From the IMG/VR virus record IMGVR_UViG_2706795039_000001, positions 32,001 through 96,000 of that record: a DNA stretch of 64,000 nt; one strand, written 5' to 3'. Below the pieces are notes generated by a model. The model searched no databases, was not told the DNA's origin, and worked only from the letters and a program-made list of their open reading frames with translations. Shown here one piece after another: positions 33,615 to 43,220 of this stretch. Positions within the stretch are counted from its first letter, which is position 1. Each line of letters opens with the position of its first letter. Both the position numbers and the translations under genes were made by a program. This stretch comes from a virus. Taxonomy: Duplodnaviria; Caudoviricetes.

Positions 33615-35039
33615 ATGATAAACGTCCAGGCAGTTGTAATAAAACTACTCCTGTCTTGTACTGATAGAGAATTAGCACTAGCTTGCTTCGACAAGATTAG
33701 GTTACAGTACTTCTCTAGTTCGTATGCCACTATCTTTAAGGCAATTGCTAAATATTACGAAGAGCACAATAAAGTACCAAACTATAACGAGTTGAGTGTT
33801 AAGTTTAGTAGAAATACTGCTTTGCAAATGTCGCTGGCAGCTCTCAAGCATTTAGACGACCTAGATATTGATTTCGAGGTGGCTATTGAAGCCCTTAGAA
33901 ATGAATACGCACAACACCAAGCGCTAACCTTGTTGAGCAACAATATTCTCAATGAGGTTACTCTTTTAAGTGCAGAGGACTTAGTTGACCGATTAACAGC
34001 TTTAGCTATGAAACTAGAAGAAGAGGTTGAGGACATTGGTAAAATGGTCACAGCCTCTCAAATACCTGTGTTCCAGAGAAAGGAACAGCAATCAATGGAG
34101 TTGATTTATACAGGTATATCCAATAAGTGGGACAGTGAGTTTGGCGGAGTTGCTAGACAGGAACTGATTTTGCTAGGAGGCAAACCAGGTTCTGGTAAGT
34201 CTGTTACCTGCTCTAACCTACAGGTTGCACAATACAAGATGGGAAACATAGCACCTTATTTCACCATTGAAATGAGCGCTAGAGAAGTACTACTACGTAA
34301 CCTAGCTATTATGTCAGGGCTTAGTGCCTTGAAGATGAAAACGCTTGAATTGGATGGAGAAGATTTAAAGAAGTTAGCACTTACTAGGGCTAAAATGTTT
34401 CATGGTGGGGCTGAAACCTATCAGAATTTTGTACGAAATAAAACTACCATTACCCCAGAAGACTTTGTAGACCTTGATGAAGACTTAATGAAGAATCATG
34501 AGGAGATACTCCCGATGATTATCATTGACGATTCAAACCTGCGCCTGTCCACCATTGACGTGACGCTCAACAAGTTACGTGCCACCTACGGAAAGCGTAT
34601 GACTATTGCTATCGTAGACTACCTTAATGAAACTAGACTAGACTCCGCACATAATGAGAACCCATATGATTGGGTGTATCAGTTGGAGTTGGCTAGGGGA
34701 TTTAAGCGTTTAGCTAGGAGGCATGATTGTGCTGTGTTCTCTCCTTACCAGCTAAATGAGGATGGGTCGGCAAGGTTCTCTAAAGCTCTAATGATTCCAG
34801 TTGACATAGCTGTGAAGCTAGATGCCGATGCGAGTTGTATAGAGATCTCTACTGTTAAAGTTAGGTCACTGCCTAACTGCGTTTTCAGGGTTGGGATTAA
34901 TTGGGATTCTCTGTGTATAGACCCTTCCGAGCAGCCAATGTCAGAGGAGTCTGAAGAGGAAGACACACCAAAACGACGCAGAAAGACCAAGAAACAAGGT
35001 GAATCAGTACAAGAGGAGGATTCATATGAGTTACTATGA
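33615..35039 (+). CDS. D6: DnaB-like replicative helicase (D6)
   Basis: GGKPGSGKS, TIEMS, IVDYLN, SPYQ. Confidence 0.9.
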   Translation: MINVQAVVIKLLLSCTDRELALACFDKIRLQYFSSSYATIFKAIAKYYEEHNKVPNYNELSVKFSRNTALQMSLAALKHLDDLDIDFEVAIEALRNEYAQHQALTLLSNNILNEVTLLSAEDLVDRLTALAMKLEEEVEDIGKMVTASQIPVFQRKEQQSMELIYTGISNKWDSEFGGVARQELILLGGKPGSGKSVTCSNLQVAQYKMGNIAPYFTIEMSAREVLLRNLAIMSGLSALKMKTLELDGEDLKKLALTRAKMFHGGAETYQNFVRNKTTITPEDFVDLDEDLMKNHEEILPMIIIDDSNLRLSTIDVTLNKLRATYGKRMTIAIVDYLNETRLDSAHNENPYDWVYQLELARGFKRLARRHDCAVFSPYQLNEDGSARFSKALMIPVDIAVKLDADASCIEISTVKVRSLPNCVFRVGINWDSLCIDPSEQPMSEESEEEDTPKRRRKTKKQGESVQEEDSYELL

Positions 35040-35916
35040 GTCCAGTGTAAAAGCTTTACTTGATAATAGAGGGGTTGAGTACGTTGACAAAGGAAAAGAC
35101 CTACTGGTTAGGTGTATAAACCCAGAACACGACGACTCTAACCCATCCATGCGCATAGACAGTCAAACAGGGAAGTTTAACTGCTTTAGCTGCGGTCATC
35201 ATGGAAACATATTTCTTAGCTTCGGTGAGTTCAGGAGTCCAGTATATGACTTACTGTACGAGGTGAAGGAAAAGGTTCAGGATATTCAAAGGGAGACTAG
35301 AGGGCTGGATATACCGGAGGGTGCAATACCTTTTGACGAGGACTTCAGAGGTATACGAAAAGAAACTTTCAATAAGTTCTCAGCGTTTATCTACTCACAC
35401 ACTGATTATGAGAATAGGGTTATATTCCCGATCACTGATGTGACTGGTAAGATAGTATGCTTTAACGGAAGGCATTTATACTCTAACGCCTCACCCAAAT
35501 ATAAAGTATACCCAGAAAAAGCCACTCTCCCTATTTTCCCGTTTATACCAAACTGCGAGACGTTAATATTAGTAGAGGGTCTATTTGATATGGCCAACCT
35601 TCAAGACAAAGGGATTACTAACGTAGCGTGTATATTTGGAACACAAAACCTAACCTATAACAATGCACAGCAAAAACTGTTACCGTTTCTAATATCTGGG
35701 GTAGGGAGGATCATACTGCTACTAGATAATGATAAGGCAGGTAAATACAGCTCAAGAAAGTTAGTAGACCTGCTGAGGGCGACTTGTAAAGTTAGGGTAG
35801 ACGATTTGGCCTACTTACTACCAGAGGGTAAAGACCCAGGTGATCTAACTCAGGAAGAAGTCACCAAGCTTAGCAAAAAACTTGAAAATCATCTTGCTAA
35901 ATTCAGGCAATTTTGA
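35026..35916 (+). CDS. DNA primase
   Basis: CHC2 Zn finger, TOPRIM VEGLFD, LDND, KDPG. Confidence 0.92.
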   Translation: MSYYESSVKALLDNRGVEYVDKGKDLLVRCINPEHDDSNPSMRIDSQTGKFNCFSCGHHGNIFLSFGEFRSPVYDLLYEVKEKVQDIQRETRGLDIPEGAIPFDEDFRGIRKETFNKFSAFIYSHTDYENRVIFPITDVTGKIVCFNGRHLYSNASPKYKVYPEKATLPIFPFIPNCETLILVEGLFDMANLQDKGITNVACIFGTQNLTYNNAQQKLLPFLISGVGRIILLLDNDKAGKYSSRKLVDLLRATCKVRVDDLAYLLPEGKDPGDLTQEEVTKLSKKLENHLAKFRQF

Positions 35917-35960
35917 TATAATTTAAGGGTGACTGGGAATTATAACTTAGTCACCCTTTT
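35894..35960 (+). promoter_or_regulatory. promoter immediately followed by a terminator-like hairpin
   Basis: TTGCTA-N17-TATAAT, then AAGGGTGACT/AGTCACCCTT-TTT. Confidence 0.7.
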
Positions 35961-36004
35961 TATATTAGCGGTTCCACACCCCCATTATAATTGTAAGGAT
36001 AATT

Positions 36005-38587
36005 ATGACAAAACCAAAAATAGCAGTAGTAGATAAGTGCCCTTCTAGAACTGACTTCGGAAAACTGCTAGGACTAGATGTTGAAGTCCTAACTATGTCG
36101 TCACAGAAAGTAGCAAAACTGCGCAAAGCAGATATTGACCTTGTGCTAGACCCATCTAAATATGATTGGGTAATCTTAGTGGGCGCGGACGCCCTGAAAC
36201 ACTACACTCGTCACTCAAAAGTAACAGACTATGCAGGCAAACAAGTAAGCTCCAAAGATGAGAGCTACCATAACTTCCTAGTTTTGAATAGCCCAGGTAT
36301 GTTATTCGTTAAGCCTGAGTTGAAGCCAGCATTTGATGCTTCCGTAGAAGAAATGAAGCAGATTATCAATGGAACAAAGGCTGCTAAGCTTGAAACTGAC
36401 TACTCGCCAATTCAAGATACTAAACAGATTCTTGAGTATCTTCAAATGGTGTATGCACTTCCCGTGTCAGCAGTACCTGCTATTGCCCTTGACTCGGAAA
36501 CTACTGGCTTGTCAGCTAGGAAGTGTCAGGTTCTTGGTATCTCTATGTCTCACAGGGTTTGCCAAGGCGTATATATGGATGCAGACTATTTCGACACTGA
36601 GTGTATTAATGTCCTGCAAAAGATTATTGATACACCTAATAGACATATAGTCCTGCACAACCTGAAGTTCGACGACCACATGTACTCGTTCCATTTCGGT
36701 ATTAGCTTTGAAAAAGCACACAAAGAAAATAGATTGCACGACACGATGGTAATGCACTACGTTCTTGATGAAAGACAAGGTACACACGGTCTGAAGTCCC
36801 TAGCCATGAAACACACCGACATGGGCGACTATGACTTCGAGCTAGACGAGTACAAGACCAACTACTGTAAAACCCACGGAATTAAACAAGAAGACTTTAC
36901 TTACGACCTGATCCCATTTGATATTATGTGGCCATACGCCGCTGGGGATACTGACGCCACTCTGCGTCTATTCGAACTATTTTGGGGCATTTTGCAGAAA
37001 CCAGCGTCTGCTAAGCTTCTATGGCTGTATGAAAATGTGATGATGCCTGCCACTAGATTCTTAGGCAGGATGGAGGCTCGTGGAATACCTCTTTCCGTTA
37101 AAAGGCTACGCAAAGCTCAAGAGACTCTAGAAACAGAACTACGTAAGCTAGAGTCAAGGCTCTACGAATACAAAGAAGTTAAAGAGTGTGAGGCACTATT
37201 AGGTAAACAATTCAACCCTAACTCCACTCAGCAGCTTAGAACACTGCTTTTTGATGTTATCGGACTACCTCCTACAGGTAAGTTAACTGAAACTAATGCA
37301 GATTCTACAGACGCCGAAGTTCTAGAAAAGCTTGGTGAAATGCATGAGATCCCTAAGCTTATTCTGAATATCAGAAAGACTAGTAAGTTGATTAACTCTT
37401 TCATCATTAAGCTGATTGAGAACATCGACGCAGATGGTAGAATTAGAACAAACTTCGGGTGTACTACCACTACTTCTGGACGACTAAGCTCTTCCGGTAC
37501 ATTTAACGCGCAACAATTACCTCGTGATAACCCAATTATCAAGGGATGTATTGTGGCTCCACCAGGCTACAAAGTAGTGGCAAAAGACTTAACAACAGCT
37601 GAGGTATACTACGCAGCGGCACTGTCAGGTGATAGAAACCTTATGCAGGTTTTTATTAACATGACTAATCACCCTGACCAATACGCGGACTTCCACTCAA
37701 CTATCGCACACATGGTATTTAACCTGCCATGTACACCTAACGAGGTTAAAAAGAAGTTCCCGGCTATGCGTCAGGCTGCAAAGGCGATTACGTTCGGAAT
37801 CCTGTACGGGTCAGGGCCAGCTAAGGTTGCTGAGTCTGTTAACATCGCGCTACTAGAACAAAGTATCGCGACTGGTCAACCCTTTGAACCTTGTTCAATC
37901 GAAGATGCAAAAGACCACATCAACACATACTTCCGTAAGTTCCCACAATTACGTAAGTGGATTGATGCTTCGCATGACCAGATTCGTCAGTACGGATTCA
38001 TCTATAGCTTCTATGGTCGTAAACGTAGACTGCGTAACTACAAGTCTACTGATAGGGCAGTCGTAGGTGCAGAGATTCGCTCAGGATTTAACGCTATAAT
38101 CCAATCTGCGTCTTCTGACTCTTTGCTAATTGGTACTATGGAAGCGGATAAAGAGATTATGGAAAGAGGACTAGATATGGAAATCATCATGTTAGTTCAC
38201 GACTCTATAGTAGCCATTGTTAGAGAAGATTTAGTAGACGAGTACCACGAAATTGTAGACAGGAACGTTCAAGCTTTACGCTTCAACTGGGATAAAGCTA
38301 ATGGCGCTCTCGGCATTCCTGGCTGCCCTATTGGTATTGAGTCGGATTCGGAAGCTGGTGGCTCTAGGGACTACTCCTGTGGTAAGATGGATAAAGCCTA
38401 CCCATTCATCACAGTGTTTGACTCACCTGAGAGTCAGGAGTACAGTTTGGGCATGATGCAAAAGTTCATTAATGGTTACGTACCAGAGAAGAACGACAAA
38501 GGTAAGTGGGTTAACGCTCGTGAAGGGGCTAACTACGATCACAAAGAACTAGTCCTAGAATCTCTACAAGAGCTAGGGTTAATGTAA
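36005..38587 (+). CDS. polA: family A DNA polymerase with 3'-5' exonuclease
   Basis: DSETTG, HNLKFD, YAAGD, SGRLSS, DLTTAE, RQAAKAITFGILYG, VHDS. Confidence 0.97.
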   Translation: MTKPKIAVVDKCPSRTDFGKLLGLDVEVLTMSSQKVAKLRKADIDLVLDPSKYDWVILVGADALKHYTRHSKVTDYAGKQVSSKDESYHNFLVLNSPGMLFVKPELKPAFDASVEEMKQIINGTKAAKLETDYSPIQDTKQILEYLQMVYALPVSAVPAIALDSETTGLSARKCQVLGISMSHRVCQGVYMDADYFDTECINVLQKIIDTPNRHIVLHNLKFDDHMYSFHFGISFEKAHKENRLHDTMVMHYVLDERQGTHGLKSLAMKHTDMGDYDFELDEYKTNYCKTHGIKQEDFTYDLIPFDIMWPYAAGDTDATLRLFELFWGILQKPASAKLLWLYENVMMPATRFLGRMEARGIPLSVKRLRKAQETLETELRKLESRLYEYKEVKECEALLGKQFNPNSTQQLRTLLFDVIGLPPTGKLTETNADSTDAEVLEKLGEMHEIPKLILNIRKTSKLINSFIIKLIENIDADGRIRTNFGCTTTTSGRLSSSGTFNAQQLPRDNPIIKGCIVAPPGYKVVAKDLTTAEVYYAAALSGDRNLMQVFINMTNHPDQYADFHSTIAHMVFNLPCTPNEVKKKFPAMRQAAKAITFGILYGSGPAKVAESVNIALLEQSIATGQPFEPCSIEDAKDHINTYFRKFPQLRKWIDASHDQIRQYGFIYSFYGRKRRLRNYKSTDRAVVGAEIRSGFNAIIQSASSDSLLIGTMEADKEIMERGLDMEIIMLVHDSIVAIVREDLVDEYHEIVDRNVQALRFNWDKANGALGIPGCPIGIESDSEAGGSRDYSCGKMDKAYPFITVFDSPESQEYSLGMMQKFINGYVPEKNDKGKWVNAREGANYDHKELVLESLQELGLM

Positions 38588-38682
38588 GCACAAAACCGAT
38601 GCTTGTTTGGGAATAAGCACAAAACCGACGCTATTTTCCAAACAAGCACAAAACCGACACTAAATTATGAGCACAAAACCGA
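38587..38682 (+). repeat. four 13-bp direct repeats AGCACAAAACCGA with complementary spacers
   Basis: copies at 38587, 38616, 38645, 38670. Confidence 0.9.
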
Positions 38683-39176
38683 CAGGACTTTTCGGTAGCA
38701 AATTTCCACTATACAGGGTTAGGGCTTATGACTCAGTGGACACAATGGGTAAATACAAAATAATAAGTACCCACCACAACACTTATATACTAGACGAGCC
38801 CGATCTAGGTGGTACGTATACCGAAAGACGAATAAAACTACTTGCCAAGAAAGAGGAGTTACCTCTTAAGATATACCCATTAAAAGAAAGGTATACCTCC
38901 CTACAACAGCTAGCCAATACTAAGTACCGTATATTTATAGATGACGCAGGGGACTTAGTTAAGTACACCCCGAATACCTGGGTTACTGTAGAATACTGCA
39001 AAGTGCTAAGAGCTGATAGGACTTGGAGGGGTAATTGGCTAATAACCAGTAAGCTACCGGTAAAGTTTGTGGTTGAAGAGGTTCCAGCGTACATAGGATA
39101 TTTTAATGTGGGTGGGGCTTACTTCCTCTACTCACTAGAAGAGGAGATGAAATCTCCTAGCAGGAAAAAAGTGTGA
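38667..39176 (+). CDS. conserved T5-like hypothetical protein
   Basis: FPLYRVR...RRIKL...FIDDAG; lies between pol and D10. Confidence 0.75.
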   Translation: MSTKPTGLFGSKFPLYRVRAYDSVDTMGKYKIISTHHNTYILDEPDLGGTYTERRIKLLAKKEELPLKIYPLKERYTSLQQLANTKYRIFIDDAGDLVKYTPNTWVTVEYCKVLRADRTWRGNWLITSKLPVKFVVEEVPAYIGYFNVGGAYFLYSLEEEMKSPSRKKV

Positions 39177-40531
39177 AAGTAGTTTTATCCAATAAAGCCT
39201 ACCTAAACCCAGACGAGGAAATAAAGAAGAGGCTAGAAACTAACCTAACCTACATGGTTGAAGAGTCCCACTCCCGTAAGAAAATACCTAGAATGGTGCT
39301 GCATTATGGACTAGTATCAAGTAAGACTTACTGGATGCCAACGCAAAGGCTAGACCTGCTGCAAGGTTATGAGCTGGAGATAGTCGATAAACGGTCGAAG
39401 CCTGAAACCTACTTTGGCACAACCTATAATATACAGCTGAGACCAGACCAACAAGAGATATACGACCAAGTTACGGGTTCTTGTATAATCAATGGTAAGC
39501 CAGGTTTTGGTAAGACAGTTTTAGCTATTGCTATCGCTGTAAAGCTGGGCTTGAAAACGCTAGTTGTATGTACGACTACGGTTATCCGAGATATGTGGGT
39601 TCAAGAAATTGATAGATTCCTAGGAATTAAGGCCGGTGTTATAGGGTCTGGACGTTTCGAGCTAGATGCACCTATTGTAGTTGGGAACATACAAACCCTT
39701 TCAAAACACGGACTAGCCCTAGCAGATAAGTTCGGGACAGTCATAGTGGATGAAATGCACCATTGCCCTGCTTCCACTTTTTCTAAACTTCTTATGGAGA
39801 GTAAGGCTCTACATAAAATAGGCTTATCAGGTACACTTGTACGCAGGGATGGAATGCATACACTATTCAAAGACTTTTTTGGTTTTGAAGTGTATTCCCC
39901 AGCAGTGGCCAACACTATACCCCCTAAGATTCATCTTTATGACTTAGAGGTGGAGATGAGTGGCAATCAGCTCATACCTTGGGCGGATAAGGTAACAGCA
40001 GTTATAGAGAACCCTCTATACAAGCAGACTATGCTAGCACTAGCAAACAGCTACGTGGCATTAGGGCATAAGGTTCTATTCATTAGTGACAGGACTGCAA
40101 CGTTAAAATACATCCATGAAAACGTCCAAGGAAGGTCAGTATTATACACTGGAGAACTAGACCTAGAAGATAGAGAGAAAGCTGCTAGAGACATGTCTGA
40201 CGGTAAACTCGATATTTTTTGTGCTATGCAAAGTATATTCTCAGAAGGAGTTTCCCAAAACGAACTATCTTGTCTTATCTTGTCTAGCTTCATAGGGGAT
40301 AATGAGTCCTTGATAGAGCAATTAGCCGGTAGGGTAATGCGTAAGCATGAGGGTAAACTGGAGCCAGTAATCGTGGATATACGTGTAAAAGGACACCTAG
40401 GCTATAAGCACAGGAGAGACAGGATGAAGACGTATATTAAGAACAACTGGGAGGCTGAAGTAATGAGTCTACCTAAGCTAGTTGCCTCCAATGAAAATAA
40501 ATTTGCTAAACTCCTAAGTTTTAAAGTATAA
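39173..40531 (+). CDS. D10: SF2 helicase D10
   Basis: GKPGFGKT, DEMH, SGT, QLAGRVMR. Confidence 0.92.
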   Translation: MKVVLSNKAYLNPDEEIKKRLETNLTYMVEESHSRKKIPRMVLHYGLVSSKTYWMPTQRLDLLQGYELEIVDKRSKPETYFGTTYNIQLRPDQQEIYDQVTGSCIINGKPGFGKTVLAIAIAVKLGLKTLVVCTTTVIRDMWVQEIDRFLGIKAGVIGSGRFELDAPIVVGNIQTLSKHGLALADKFGTVIVDEMHHCPASTFSKLLMESKALHKIGLSGTLVRRDGMHTLFKDFFGFEVYSPAVANTIPPKIHLYDLEVEMSGNQLIPWADKVTAVIENPLYKQTMLALANSYVALGHKVLFISDRTATLKYIHENVQGRSVLYTGELDLEDREKAARDMSDGKLDIFCAMQSIFSEGVSQNELSCLILSSFIGDNESLIEQLAGRVMRKHEGKLEPVIVDIRVKGHLGYKHRRDRMKTYIKNNWEAEVMSLPKLVASNENKFAKLLSFKV

Positions 40532-40630
40532 TAGTTTTATGAATTGGGGGAGCCAACGAAGACACTCTTCCAAGCATAGAACAAAAACTTAAAATTTTTT
40601 CTTGCTAAAGAGATAATTTTATAATATAAT
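40503..40630 (+). promoter_or_regulatory. two tandem promoters
   Basis: TTGCTA-N18-TATAAT and TTGCTA-N17-TATAAT. Confidence 0.7.
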
Positions 40631-40655
40631 TATCTCATGAATTTGGAAGCAGACC

Positions 40656-41006
40656 TTGTTATTTTTTGATTACCAAAAAATTTGGCTCTTGTCCAGTGGC
40701 AACTCCAAACTAATACTCAAATACCTAAAACTACTCGCATCGAAAGATGAAAAATATGCCAGCCTACATGGAGAAAACTTCCTAGTTAATGAGGATATTG
40801 TACTCTCCAACCCTTTTAACCTTAACGATAGAACCTTAGCTGAGTATGTTGGCCTCTGCTCACTCAGAAACTACTCTAATTACAAAATCAATGGTAATCC
40901 TAATTTAGATATTGAATATATCCCAAATTATGTTCCGGCTGATGTTGTAAGAAGAAACCCACTAGTATTAATCCACAAAACAACACTATACTTTAAGTAC
41001 GAATAA
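40656..41006 (+). CDS. conserved T5-like hypothetical protein
   Basis: LFFDYQKI...AEYVGLCSLRNY; TTG start. Confidence 0.7.
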   Translation: MLFFDYQKIWLLSSGNSKLILKYLKLLASKDEKYASLHGENFLVNEDIVLSNPFNLNDRTLAEYVGLCSLRNYSNYKINGNPNLDIEYIPNYVPADVVRRNPLVLIHKTTLYFKYE

Positions 41007-41016
41007 GGAAAAACAC

Positions 41017-41820
41017 ATGTCAAATACAGCACTAAACTGGGGCGAAACTAAAGGCGAAGCAGTATCTAGTAAAGTTACCTATATGAAGGCTAACGAAGGT
41101 GTAAACCGTGTACGTATCGTAGGTAACATCCTACGTCGTTACGTTTACTGGGTTCCTGGTACAAAAGGCACCTCAGCCCCGTTTGAGAACCTAGAGTTCA
41201 ACCGTGATACTGAGCGTTTTGAAAACACTGGCCTAAACCCAGTTAAAGAGCTTGGTTTGTATGAGCGTCACTACAAGACTGGCGAAATCGTGATGCAAGA
41301 AGACAAGAAAACTGGTGAGAAGGCTCCTAAGCCACTAGGCTCTAAGAAAGCCTACTTGGTGCCAGTTATCAACCGCGCAACTAATGCGGTAGAGTACATG
41401 GAGCTGAAACAAGGTATTTTCAAAGGTGTTAACGAAGCTATGGCTAAGCTTAACGATCCTAAGCAAATCAAGCGTTTTGCTGATGAAAATTACCGTGTAC
41501 CAAACCCAATGTACATCGACATTATCTTCTCCAAGACTGGTAAAGGTCTTGACACAGAATATACTGTTGACGTAATCGAAATGCTTGAGCTGGTTCAAGA
41601 CGAAGACGCTTTCAACGAAATGAAACGTCTACACGAAGCAGACGAAGCGCTGCTAGCAGACCTAGACCCAATCGAAGTCGTGTTCCCTCGTCCAACATAC
41701 GCAGAGCAGAAAGAAGCTCTGAAGAAGTGGATGACTGGCGAAGCTGATAAAGAAGCTGGCGAAGCTTCAGGTGCAGCTCCTAGCGATTCTGAACAAGAAG
41801 CTATGGACGAGCTTGAGTAA
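41017..41820 (+). CDS. D11: D11 ssDNA-binding protein
   Basis: RIVGNILRRYVYW, acidic C-terminal tail; synteny. Confidence 0.85.
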   Translation: MSNTALNWGETKGEAVSSKVTYMKANEGVNRVRIVGNILRRYVYWVPGTKGTSAPFENLEFNRDTERFENTGLNPVKELGLYERHYKTGEIVMQEDKKTGEKAPKPLGSKKAYLVPVINRATNAVEYMELKQGIFKGVNEAMAKLNDPKQIKRFADENYRVPNPMYIDIIFSKTGKGLDTEYTVDVIEMLELVQDEDAFNEMKRLHEADEALLADLDPIEVVFPRPTYAEQKEALKKWMTGEADKEAGEASGAAPSDSEQEAMDELE

Positions 41821-41837
41821 TAAAAATTGTAAACACA

Positions 41838-41860
41838 AGGGAGGCGCAAGTCTCCCTTTT
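41838..41860 (+). terminator. intrinsic terminator
   Basis: AGGGAGGC-GCAA-GTCTCCCT-TTT. Confidence 0.8.
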
Positions 41861-41875
41861 CTTTAGAGGTCAACA

Positions 41876-42244
41876 ATGAATATTGAACAGTTAAAAGAAA
41901 ATAAAATCAGCGTTGGGGCACTAGTTAGTGCAGTAAGCGGAATCCTAGAGCATGACATTAAAGCAATGACTTGGGAGGAAGTTGAGCAGTTTCGTGCGGA
42001 AGTAGACAAGGTTCGTGGAATGGTTAGCAGACATTTAAACGCTGTAGAGACTGTCGTGCTAGATGAAGCTGACCAGTGGAAAGACCAATGGGACTTGGCA
42101 CTGAAGGTTTACGAAGAAGTAATGGCTGACGAAAGCCTCAAGAAAGACTCTATAGACCTAATGATCCCTCACCTAGAGTCTAAGGGGTTAGTGAAAGGCC
42201 TAGCTGAAATTATGGCTGGTAAAATCGTATTCGGTGATGAATAA
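41876..42244 (+). CDS. hypothetical protein
   Basis: GAGG SD, inserted between D11 and D12. Confidence 0.7.
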   Translation: MNIEQLKENKISVGALVSAVSGILEHDIKAMTWEEVEQFRAEVDKVRGMVSRHLNAVETVVLDEADQWKDQWDLALKVYEEVMADESLKKDSIDLMIPHLESKGLVKGLAEIMAGKIVFGDE

Positions 42245-43220
42245 GATACTATTCACTGCGGATTGGCATATAAAGTTGGGGCAGAAGAATGTCCCAGCTG
42301 TGTGGCAGTCTAATAGATTCACTCTTCTTGTTATGGAGCTTAACAAGATATTCGAAGATAACCAGTGCTCTGAGCATATAATCGGGGGTGATATATTCGA
42401 TAGGTTTGACCCGACACCGGAGGAAATTAGGCTCTACTTTGATTTGCTGGCACTAATCAACCACCCTACAAAAATCTATACAGGGAACCACGAGATGGTT
42501 TCTAAGTCTAAGCACGTTCTAGAGACCTTGGCTGCCGAAACTCGTAGATGCAACCCACTAGTAGAAGTAATTACTGAGCCTTATAGAAGTGTAGATTACG
42601 ATATAGTTGACTATAAGGAGTTGCACCAGAATAGGTGGTCTGATAGAGTCTCAAGACTCTGTTTCACGCATGTTCGTGGAGAGATCCCTCCTCACGTTAA
42701 ACCTGAAATTGACTTGTCAGTTTTTGATGAATATAGTCTGGTAATTGCTGGTGACCTACACTCCCACCAAAACTCGCAGGTAACTCCTGCTGGAACCCCT
42801 ATTATCTACCCTGGTAGCCCTTTGACAACTTCTTTCCACAGAGAAAGAACTTTGAAAACTAACGGAGCCTTAATAGTAGATACTAAGACCTTAGAGTATA
42901 GTTGGGAAGATCTCTCAAGCTTACCACAACTAATTAGAAAAACCGTTAAGGTTGGGGAAGAGTTAGTTGAAGACCCTTACGACAGGGTTATCTATGAGGT
43001 AGAAGGTGACATAGTTGACTTAAAAACTGTAGCCAACAACCCTCTCCTAGATAAGAAGGTGAACAAGAACGTAGGGAAGCCTGCCATATTAGACCTAACT
43101 AACACTTCTGGCGTTACCGAAGAGTTAAGCCTCTATCTAAAAAACGTTCTCAACTTACCACAAGGCACTGTCACGTCTCTAGTTGATAGATTCAAAAGGG
43201 AGATACCAAATGCAAGTTAA
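42234..43220 (+). CDS. D12: SbcD/Mre11-like nuclease D12
   Basis: ADWH, GGDIFD, GNHE, GDLH, YPGS. Confidence 0.93.
   Translation: MMNKILFTADWHIKLGQKNVPAVWQSNRFTLLVMELNKIFEDNQCSEHIIGGDIFDRFDPTPEEIRLYFDLLALINHPTKIYTGNHEMVSKSKHVLETLAAETRRCNPLVEVITEPYRSVDYDIVDYKELHQNRWSDRVSRLCFTHVRGEIPPHVKPEIDLSVFDEYSLVIAGDLHSHQNSQVTPAGTPIIYPGSPLTTSFHRERTLKTNGALIVDTKTLEYSWEDLSSLPQLIRKTVKVGEELVEDPYDRVIYEVEGDIVDLKTVANNPLLDKKVNKNVGKPAILDLTNTSGVTEELSLYLKNVLNLPQGTVTSLVDRFKREIPNAS

Noticed and set aside
38587-38682. CRISPR mini-array
   Set aside because: Repeats (13 bp) and spacers (12-16 bp) are too short, the spacers are mutually complementary, and no cas genes are present
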